Source: Pelagirhabdus alkalitolerans (GTDB lineage Bacteria > Bacillota > Bacilli > Bacillales > Amphibacillaceae). From it: 32,000 nt of DNA. A program made the position numbers and the translations under genes. Below, piece after piece: positions 1 through 6,709 of this stretch. Within the stretch, counting starts at the first letter, position 1, and each line of letters opens with the position of its first letter. The notes beneath the pieces are model-generated. The model was not told the origin of the DNA, ran no database searches, and saw nothing but the letters and a program-made list of their open reading frames with translations. The stretch is from the NCBI RefSeq assembly GCF_900096905.1, contig NZ_FMYI01000012.1, forward strand, positions 15,180 through 47,179, read 5' to 3'.

Positions 1-1221
1 GATACAGCTGAAAAGACGCTGTTTAATATGAAAGACTTAGAAAAAAGCACTGGATTGAAACGGTCGTGTTTGAAGCACCCCAATGGCGAATCGATTACGA
101 TTGAATACACAGTTAATCAAATACGATCACAAAATAATGAAATGTTAGGCATCGTTTTTGTATTTCGTGATATTTCAGAACGAATAAAAAAAGAAGAAGA
201 AGTAACGTTTCTTAGCTTACGGGATCAATTGACGGGTCTTTATAATAGACGCTATTTCATTGAAATGATGAAAGAGTTAGATAGAAGCGATCAAATGCCG
301 ATTAGCATCATGATGATTGATGCTAATGGTTTGAAATTAATGAATGATGTATTCGGTCATAAGGCTGGAGATGAGCTTCTGCAAAAAATCGCTAGCTATT
401 TAACTCAGCATTCAAGAGAACACGATATAGCTTTTCGCGTTGGAGGCGATGAATTTGTTTTACTCCTACCGAAAACACCTCTTATTCAAGCTGATATGTT
501 AATGAAAAAAATTGATAAAAGCGTTAAGCAAGATAAAACGCATTTTCTTCCTCTTACGTTATCGATTGGTTTAGCGACTAAGAAAAATGAGGAAGATGAT
601 ATTTACCGAATCTATCGACAAGCTGAAGACCGTATGTATATTAAAAAGATGAGTGAGCGAACAGAGTTAAGACATGACATGATCGATAAGATTATCGATC
701 AATTACACGATCACATTCCAAATGAACGTGATCATGCGAATGAAGTAAGACGTTTATCAACAGATTTAGCTAAAAGGATCGGGATGTCTGAGGATCAACA
801 AAAGGAAATTGCTCAAATCGCTTGGTTTCATGACATTGGTAAAATTGTTTTATCTAAAGATTTATTGTTAAAATCGTCACCTCTAAATCGAGAGGAAGAG
901 CACCAACTGAAGCGCCATCCTGAAGCAGGATACAGCATATTAAGTGCTGTTAATCATTACGCGTCTTTTGCGGATCCAATTCTATCGCACCATGAAAAAT
1001 GGGATGGAAGCGGCTATCCAAAAGGATTAAATCAAGATCAGATCCCTTTATATGCAAGAATTATTGCCATTACAGAATCTTATGACCAAATGAGACGCGA
1101 CCAACCCTATCGAAAAGCTCTATCTTCAAAGGAAGCTAAACAAGTATTAATTGAGCAAAAAGGAAAGCAATTTGATCCTGAATTAGTGGATGAATTTATT
1201 CAACACGTTTTAACTAAATAA
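1..1221 (+). CDS. PAS(partial)-GGDEF-HD-GYP c-di-GMP turnover protein; 5' end probably cut by the window edge
   Basis: Frame 1 is open from nt 1, with no stop before the ATG at 28. The first residues look like the C-terminal part of a PAS domain (LGIVFVFRDISERIKKEEE). GGDEF signature is RVGGDEFVLLL, with an RxxD I-site (REHD) 5 residues upstream. HD-GYP signatures are WFHDIGK and HHEKWDGSGYPKGL. Confidence 0.85.
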   Translation, partial: DTAEKTLFNMKDLEKSTGLKRSCLKHPNGESITIEYTVNQIRSQNNEMLGIVFVFRDISERIKKEEEVTFLSLRDQLTGLYNRRYFIEMMKELDRSDQMPISIMMIDANGLKLMNDVFGHKAGDELLQKIASYLTQHSREHDIAFRVGGDEFVLLLPKTPLIQADMLMKKIDKSVKQDKTHFLPLTLSIGLATKKNEEDDIYRIYRQAEDRMYIKKMSERTELRHDMIDKIIDQLHDHIPNERDHANEVRRLSTDLAKRIGMSEDQQKEIAQIAWFHDIGKIVLSKDLLLKSSPLNREEEHQLKRHPEAGYSILSAVNHYASFADPILSHHEKWDGSGYPKGLNQDQIPLYARIIAITESYDQMRRDQPYRKALSSKEAKQVLIEQKGKQFDPELVDEFIQHVLTK

Positions 1222-1293
1222 ATAAAAGGTGAAATGAGTCTGGGACAAAACAAAAATGAATATCTTAAAACACGAACAATCCGATCAAAAGGT

Positions 1294-1425
1294 CACCGCA
1301 ATCTGAAATGGACTCCCTTTCTGCTCACACGGCCTCAGCTAACTTTAGAAGCAAAAATCGCTTCTAAAGTGGATCTTCAGCTCGTGCTTTTCCCGCAAGA
1401 GTCTCGTCCATTCCAGATTGCTGTG
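1294..1425. repeat. Long imperfect inverted repeat (about 130 nt extended hairpin); REP/MITE-like element or structured RNA
   Basis: The outer arms caccgcaatctgaaatggac (1294-1313) and gtccattccagattgctgtg (1406-1425) pair at 18 of 20 positions. The perfect inner hairpin is ctttagaagc (1343-1352), loop aaaaatc, gcttctaaag (1360-1369). The region is locally more GC-rich than its flanks. Confidence 0.5.
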
Positions 1426-1440
1426 AAATATGTAAACAAA

Positions 1441-1483
1441 TAGCCGGACAAAAAATAGTTAAAATACTATTTATGTCCGGCTA
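1441..1483 (+). terminator. Stem-loop downstream of the GGDEF/HD-GYP gene; possible terminator
   Basis: tagccggaca (1441-1450) pairs with tgtccggcta (1474-1483), with an inner aaatagt/actattt helix. The downstream tract is only moderately T-rich. Confidence 0.4.
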
Positions 1484-1546
1484 TTACATTGACTTATTTA
1501 CTTTTGTTTCAGACTCTTTTCTTTTTTTATAAAAAAGGGAAATCCT

Positions 1547-1575
1547 TTGTTTCAAGGCTCTAAATTAGCTATAAT
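1547..1575 (+). promoter_or_regulatory. SigmaA-type promoter candidate for the two-component operon
   Basis: TTGTTT (1547-1552), a 17-nt spacer, then TATAAT (1570-1575), about 35 nt upstream of the response-regulator start. Confidence 0.4.
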
Positions 1576-1611
1576 ATGTTTGAAATGAACCCAATAGGGA
1601 TGTGATGAAGT

Positions 1612-2283
1612 ATGCCAACTATTCTGGTCGTTGATGACGATGCACATATTCGTCAATTAATTCAATTGTATTTAACAAATGAGAAGTTCACAGTTATAGA
1701 AGCGAATGATGGTGAAGAGGCTTTAGATGTAATGGCTCAATCACCAGTAGATTTGGCGATTATTGACGTGATGATGCCTAAAGTAGATGGTGTTGAATTA
1801 ACAAAAGAAATAAAGCGCTATGATGCCATTCCAATCTTGATGGTAACGGCTAAAGGCGAGTCAGAAGATAAAGTAAAAGGATTTAATGCAGGAACAGATG
1901 ATTACTTAGTAAAACCATTTGATCCGATCGAATTAGTGTTACGTGTGAAGGCTTTACTGAAACGTTATAATGTAATGACAGACAAACAAAACACAATTAA
2001 AGACGTGACGATCGACCTCGAACGACTCATCGTTCAAAATGAAGAGATAACTCTAGAGCTAAAACGAAAAGAGTGTGAATTGCTCTTTGAATTATCCAAA
2101 GAACCAGGTCGAGTCTTTACAAGAGCTCAACTTGTTGATAAAATTTGGGGCTTCGATTATGAAGGAGATGAACGGACAGTCGATGTTCATATTAAACGAT
2201 TACGAGAAAAACTTATACCGTTTGATTCCATTCAAATTACAACGGTTAGAGGATTAGGTTATCGAATGGAGGCTGTCGATTAA
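1612..2283 (+). CDS. OmpR/PhoB-family response regulator, HssR-like
   Basis: Receiver domain (VVDDD, DLAIIDVMMP, TAKG, KPF) plus a winged-helix output domain (KIWGFDYEGDERTVDVHIKRLREKL, TVRGLGYR). The C-terminal part closely resembles staphylococcal HssR as I remember it. Confidence 0.9.
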   Translation: MPTILVVDDDAHIRQLIQLYLTNEKFTVIEANDGEEALDVMAQSPVDLAIIDVMMPKVDGVELTKEIKRYDAIPILMVTAKGESEDKVKGFNAGTDDYLVKPFDPIELVLRVKALLKRYNVMTDKQNTIKDVTIDLERLIVQNEEITLELKRKECELLFELSKEPGRVFTRAQLVDKIWGFDYEGDERTVDVHIKRLREKLIPFDSIQITTVRGLGYRMEAVD

Positions 2284-3630
2284 ATGCGCCGAAGTCTATA
2301 TTGGCAGTTTGTGACGACGTTTATCACGGGCGTCATTTTAAGTTTAGTTTTGTCGTATGGCATTACATCTATATTTTTTCAAAGTGAAGTGATCCATCAA
2401 GAGGAGATGGAAGATACGTCCCAGTACGTTGTTGAATTATTAGATATGGTGGATACAGATGACTTGCCTAGGTTATTAGATTTGTTGAATGATTTTGGTG
2501 TTGAGGCGGTCATATTGGATGAAACAGACGAGCCATATTTACCAAATATGAATACCGAGTTCATCACTGAAGAGATGGTTGATCAAATAAATGCGAATGA
2601 AACATCAGAGATTACAACGTTCACCCCCGGGAGACGTGATCTTGTTCGATACATCGGAACGCCAGTTGACTATGAAGGTGAACGGTTTACGTTATTTGTT
2701 AAAATGAATTTCGAAGATGAGTTTGCGGGATCTAGACGTCTTACATTAAACGCGCTTATCCTTGTTTTAATTATTGGTAGTGTATTTATTATTTTAGTAT
2801 CTCGCTATTTTGTGTCGAGTATTCGTTCAATAACAGATGCAGCAGAACAGCTTAAAATGGGAGATTTTAATGTCCAATTAAAAAGTGAGCGCGAAGATGA
2901 AGTCGGTCGATTAATTCGAAGCTTTAATCAAATGGCTGAATCACTTAAAAATATGGATGAAGTACGAAAAACGTTTGTTAGTAACGTTTCTCATGAAATT
3001 CAATCGCCCTTAACATCGATTAAAGGGTATGCTCGAGCACTCGTAGATGGTGTTGTCAAAAAGGAAGATGAGCACGATTATATGATGATCATCTATAAAG
3101 AAGCCGATCGATTATCTCGATTGTCTGATCACCTCTTACGAATGGCTTCGTTAGATTCAGACAAACATCCTGTAAAAAAAGCACCTTATCGATTAGATGA
3201 GCAAATTCGTCGAGTGATCTTATCAACTGAGATGCTTTGGCAAGAAAAAGACTTAGAAATTAAATTAGATTTGACAGATGATGTGATCGAAGCAGATCAG
3301 GATTTAATGGAACAAGTTTGGTTGAATTTAATTGTGAATGCGATCAAGTATAATCATGCAGATGGTGAGATTCATGTGTCCAATTACGAAGAGGACATAT
3401 ATAGGGTCGTTCGCGTTAGCGATAGGGGTATAGGAATTCCTGATGATTCAATCCCTTATTTGTTTGATCGCTTTTACCAAGTTGATCAATCACGGACAAA
3501 GACGCGTTCAGGAAACGGTCTAGGTTTATCTATTGTTCAGCGTATTGTTGCTCTACATGGAGGCTATATTGATGTCATCAGTGAAGAAGGTGTAGGAACG
3601 ACATTTTTTGTGTATTTACCCAAAAAATAA
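2284..3630 (+). CDS. Sensor histidine kinase (two TM segments, extracytoplasmic domain, HAMP, HisKA, HATPase_c)
   Basis: The ATG directly abuts the TAA of the regulator (TAAATG). H-box is VSHEIQSPLT, N-box LIVNAIKYN, G-boxes DRGIGIP and GNGLGLSIV. The two hydrophobic segments flank an acidic loop of about 125 aa. Confidence 0.9.
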   Translation: MRRSLYWQFVTTFITGVILSLVLSYGITSIFFQSEVIHQEEMEDTSQYVVELLDMVDTDDLPRLLDLLNDFGVEAVILDETDEPYLPNMNTEFITEEMVDQINANETSEITTFTPGRRDLVRYIGTPVDYEGERFTLFVKMNFEDEFAGSRRLTLNALILVLIIGSVFIILVSRYFVSSIRSITDAAEQLKMGDFNVQLKSEREDEVGRLIRSFNQMAESLKNMDEVRKTFVSNVSHEIQSPLTSIKGYARALVDGVVKKEDEHDYMMIIYKEADRLSRLSDHLLRMASLDSDKHPVKKAPYRLDEQIRRVILSTEMLWQEKDLEIKLDLTDDVIEADQDLMEQVWLNLIVNAIKYNHADGEIHVSNYEEDIYRVVRVSDRGIGIPDDSIPYLFDRFYQVDQSRTKTRSGNGLGLSIVQRIVALHGGYIDVISEEGVGTTFFVYLPKK

Positions 3631-3646
3631 TATAAAATTAGTGTTT

Positions 3647-3667
3647 AGTTCATATTCAGTTCATAAA
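3647..3667 (+). promoter_or_regulatory. Direct repeat with 11-bp periodicity; candidate OmpR-family (HssR-type) binding site
   Basis: GTTCATATT (3648-3656), CA, GTTCATAAA (3659-3667). A TATACT hexamer follows at 3675-3680. The repeat lies 17 nt after the kinase stop and 50 nt before the next coding start. Confidence 0.5.
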
Positions 3668-3716
3668 GTGGGTATATACTAACCTCAAGATCAATACATT
3701 GAGGTAGGTGACTACT

Positions 3717-3872
3717 GTGACTTATTATGACTCTAATTGGAGTCAAGCCCAAACAGATCATTACAACCAATTAACAAAAGAAAAATCAATTATGGAAAAC
3801 ATAGCATCCTCTTTGCAAGAAGAAGGAATCGATGCTACTGTAATAAAGAAAATCAAAATGCCTGAAAGGTAG
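3717..3872 (+). CDS. Candidate 51-aa small protein (below the ORF-track cutoff)
   Basis: GTG start 6 nt after AGGTG (3706-3710). It translates to V/MTYYDSNWSQAQTDHYNQLTKEKSIMENIASSLQEEGIDATVIKKIKMPER. Its TAG stop (3870-3872) lies 8 nt upstream of the ATG 3881 called here for the next gene and overlaps only the disfavoured alternative GTG start at 3872. I recognise no homology. Confidence 0.3.
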   Translation: MTYYDSNWSQAQTDHYNQLTKEKSIMENIASSLQEEGIDATVIKKIKMPER

Positions 3873-3880
3873 TGAAAAAC

Positions 3881-4567
3881 ATGTTTTTATTTCATCCAAT
3901 GGATTTCTTAATTTTCATTGCGTTCGGTTTAGCAATGTGGGCGCAATCTAAAGTGAAAAGTAATTTTCATAAATATGCGCGTGTCCAAGCGAATGCACAA
4001 GTGACAGGGTTACAAGTAGCTAGACGTATTCTTGATCAAAATGGCTTATACGATGTGACGATTGAACGATCAAAACGAGGAGATTTATCGGATCATTACG
4101 ATCCACGTTCGAAAACGGTTCGATTATCAGGACCGATTTACAGCGGTTCTTCCATTTCATCATTAGCAATAGCTGCCCATGAGGTGGGTCATGCGATCCA
4201 ACATGCTAAAGGTTATTCAATGCTTAAATTCAGATCTGCATTGTTCCCTGCAGCCAACCTTGGTTCAAGGATGGCACCACTTTTATTAATTTTAGGGATT
4301 ATGGCAGAGTTTAATCAGTTAATTGGCGTAGGAATTGGATTGTTCTCAGCAGCTGTGCTATTTCAAGTTGTCACGCTTCCTGTTGAATATGATGCAAGTA
4401 GACGTGCGAAGAATCAATTGATGGAGATGGGATTTGTCACTGCTAATGAGAAAAAGGGTATTAGTAATGTATTAAATGCGGCCGCTCTAACATATGTTGC
4501 AAGTACGTTAATTGCTGCTCTTCAACTCTTGAAATTTGTTATGATCTTTGCTGGTAGACGTGACTAA
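3881..4567 (+). CDS. YugP-type membrane zinc metallopeptidase (Zn_peptidase_2 family)
   Basis: HEVGHAIQH zinc motif, an N-terminal TM segment and C-terminal hydrophobic helices. The MFLFHPMD start resembles family N-termini. The ORF track starts at GTG 3872; I prefer ATG 3881 because of its spacing from AAAGG. Confidence 0.85.
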   Translation: MFLFHPMDFLIFIAFGLAMWAQSKVKSNFHKYARVQANAQVTGLQVARRILDQNGLYDVTIERSKRGDLSDHYDPRSKTVRLSGPIYSGSSISSLAIAAHEVGHAIQHAKGYSMLKFRSALFPAANLGSRMAPLLLILGIMAEFNQLIGVGIGLFSAAVLFQVVTLPVEYDASRRAKNQLMEMGFVTANEKKGISNVLNAAALTYVASTLIAALQLLKFVMIFAGRRD

Positions 4568-4583
4568 ATAAAAGGAGATCACT

Positions 4584-5999
4584 ATGTTCGGATTAAAGCT
4601 TAAAAGCCTAACAAAACGCATTTTGTTAGGCTATTTTTTTTACGTTGTTATAACAGGTGTGGTGATGTTTTGGTTACTTCAGCCAACCGAAGTAAAGGTA
4701 GGGTCAACGGATGATCTTTCTTTTCGTGAAACAGATGAAAAAGTGGCATCGATTGATGAAAGAGATGATGCGTTTAAAGTACGATTAGATTTAATAGAAG
4801 CGGCTGAAGAGTCACTTGTAATGAGTTATTATGCGATGCAAGGTGGCTATACCGTTGATTTATTTTATGATGCTATTTTAGAAGCAGCCGAACGCGGTGT
4901 TGACGTTCGGTTTATGATCGATGGTATTTTCCATAACATGCGCTTTCAAGATCGTCACATTGAACATATTTTTAATGAGCATCCTAACATTGAGCTTGCT
5001 TATTATGAGCGATTTTCTTTTTTGAAGCCGTGGTCATGGCACAATCGGTTACATGATAAATTTATGATTGCAGATGAGAAAAAAGCTTTGATTGGTGGTC
5101 GGAATATAGGTGATAAATATTTTGCAGATGATGGTGTAATGACAGTGTCTAATGATCGAGATCTGCTTATCATCAATCCAAACAATCGTGAACCAGTTAT
5201 TATTCGGGATATGCTAAATTATTTTGATTACGTATACGAGAGTGACTATGTTGAGGTTCAGTCAAATAGTCGGCTGGCTTCGATCAATGACCGTAGAGCT
5301 AAACGTTATAAAGATGATTTAAAGGAACGTACGCAACAATTAAAAAATGAGTATAACGATTTTTTTGAAGAAAGCATTCATTGGTCTGATGCTGCACGTC
5401 CTGTCAAACGGGCTGAATTTGTTCACAACTCGATTGATCGATTTTATAAACAACCTCATGTTCTTAGACGTCTGCTACTGCAAGCTGAAAAAGCGAACGA
5501 TTCATTAATGGTTCAAACCCCTTATTTAATTCCAACACGACCACTCAAAGAAAAAGTTGAAGCAATGAACATTGATCAGCTAAATAAAGCCGTTTTAACA
5601 AATAGCTTAAGTGCTACTTCAAATATAATGGCACACAGTGGTTACCGTAATCACCGTAAGAAACTTAAAAATTCAGATGTTACACTCTATGAATATCAAG
5701 GTCCTGACTCATCGTTGCATATGAAGACATGGCTTTTTGATCAAGATGTAGCGGCGGTCGGTTCGTTTAATGGTGATGCAAGGAGTACTTATTTAAATAC
5801 AGAGTCGATGTTAATCATCGAGAGTCCAGAGTTAGTAGCAGATATCCATGACTATAATCATGCGTCTTATCTTAGTAATAGTTTGACCGTTGATAATCGA
5901 GGGAAGAATGAGGTAAGAGAAGATGAAAGCCCTTTATCCAAAAAGGTAATGACATGGCTTATTCGTCCGATTGCAAGAGGGATTGCTTATTTACTCTAA
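4584..5999 (+). CDS. Membrane-anchored phospholipase D superfamily protein with two HKD motifs
   Basis: AAGGAG RBS and an N-terminal TM segment (ILLGYFFYVVITGVVMFWLL). First HKD motif is HDKFMIADEKKALIGGRNIGD; second is HMKTWLFDQDVAAVGSFNGD. Confidence 0.85.
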   Translation: MFGLKLKSLTKRILLGYFFYVVITGVVMFWLLQPTEVKVGSTDDLSFRETDEKVASIDERDDAFKVRLDLIEAAEESLVMSYYAMQGGYTVDLFYDAILEAAERGVDVRFMIDGIFHNMRFQDRHIEHIFNEHPNIELAYYERFSFLKPWSWHNRLHDKFMIADEKKALIGGRNIGDKYFADDGVMTVSNDRDLLIINPNNREPVIIRDMLNYFDYVYESDYVEVQSNSRLASINDRRAKRYKDDLKERTQQLKNEYNDFFEESIHWSDAARPVKRAEFVHNSIDRFYKQPHVLRRLLLQAEKANDSLMVQTPYLIPTRPLKEKVEAMNIDQLNKAVLTNSLSATSNIMAHSGYRNHRKKLKNSDVTLYEYQGPDSSLHMKTWLFDQDVAAVGSFNGDARSTYLNTESMLIIESPELVADIHDYNHASYLSNSLTVDNRGKNEVREDESPLSKKVMTWLIRPIARGIAYLL

Positions 6000-6023
6000 T
6001 AATTCCTGTTAGGATGTGAAAAC

Positions 6024-6689
6024 ATGCAGACACTGGAAGATATAAAACTAGCTTATGAAGAAGCCTTACTAAATGGGAAAACAAGAGAGGGCTATGAATT
6101 AATTCAAGAAGCGCTCAATGAAGGACAATCGTTAATTGATATTTATTTGATCATAGCTGAAGCGATGTATAGTATTGGTGACTTATGGGAAACCAATGAT
6201 ATTTCGATTGCGCAAGAACATGCGGCGACCGCTATTACACAGTTTGTTCTCACACAAATAAGTGCCGAATCCATCAAACACTATAGTCCACTAGATACAA
6301 AAGCCTTCATTTTTTCAATTGAGTCCAATACGCATTACTTAGGTATTCAAATGATTAAAAGTGTTTTTAATGTGTATGGTATTCAGACATTTGATTATGG
6401 TCCTAATGTTCCCAATACAGACATCGTAAATGAAATAAGTGAAAAACAACCACATTATGTTGCCTATTCTGTCTCAATGCCTGATCATATTGACAAAGCT
6501 AAACAGTTAAGCCAAATGATAAGAGAATGTCCGACGGGGACTTCACCGATGATTATTATAGGAGGGTATGCATTCGTAAAAGAGCCTCATTTGTTGGAAC
6601 AAGTCGATCACGATTATTATTTCCCTACTATTTTGGAATTAGAAGACTGGTTGAGAGAACAGACTAACATGATACCATCAAACACATAA
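6024..6689 (+). CDS. Stand-alone cobalamin-binding protein (B12-binding_2 helical bundle plus Rossmann B12-binding domain), CarH/AerR-like, with no DNA-binding domain
   Basis: W-x9-EH motif (DLWETNDISIAQEH) in the N-terminal helical part. A THYLG segment sits where (D/E)xHxxG occurs. IIIGGYAF is a GG motif late in the Rossmann fold. Length is 221 aa. Confidence 0.7.
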   Translation: MQTLEDIKLAYEEALLNGKTREGYELIQEALNEGQSLIDIYLIIAEAMYSIGDLWETNDISIAQEHAATAITQFVLTQISAESIKHYSPLDTKAFIFSIESNTHYLGIQMIKSVFNVYGIQTFDYGPNVPNTDIVNEISEKQPHYVAYSVSMPDHIDKAKQLSQMIRECPTGTSPMIIIGGYAFVKEPHLLEQVDHDYYFPTILELEDWLREQTNMIPSNT

Positions 6690-6709
6690 TCAACTTGGGG
6701 GCGACGAAG

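Noticed and set aside
1234-1443. 69-aa ORF with an AAGGTGA-like motif just upstream.
   Set aside because: The SD-to-ATG spacing is very short. The peptide is basic and low-complexity. The ORF is laid exactly over the long inverted repeat, so I treat it as a translated repeat or structured element. Ribosome profiling could overturn this.
1222-1611. Possible c-di-GMP (GEMM) or other riboswitch in the long intergenic region, and likewise at 7634-7717.
   Set aside because: I could not recognise the conserved GEMM-I/II core sequences or any other riboswitch signature by eye. A covariance-model scan would be the decisive test.
2075-2257. 60-aa ORF nested in the response-regulator gene.
   Set aside because: It is an alternative frame inside a well-supported CDS, with no RBS and a low-complexity product. 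The same reasoning applies to 9255-9461 (inside fliD), 24138-24371 (inside the M23 gene) and 26015-26251 (over the ctp 3' end).
4584-5999. PLD/HKD protein as a Nuc-like defence nuclease.
   Set aside because: It has an N-terminal membrane anchor and two HKD motifs in a body of about 470 aa. That is more typical of phospholipid-directed PLD or cardiolipin-synthase-like enzymes. No restriction or defence partners are adjacent.
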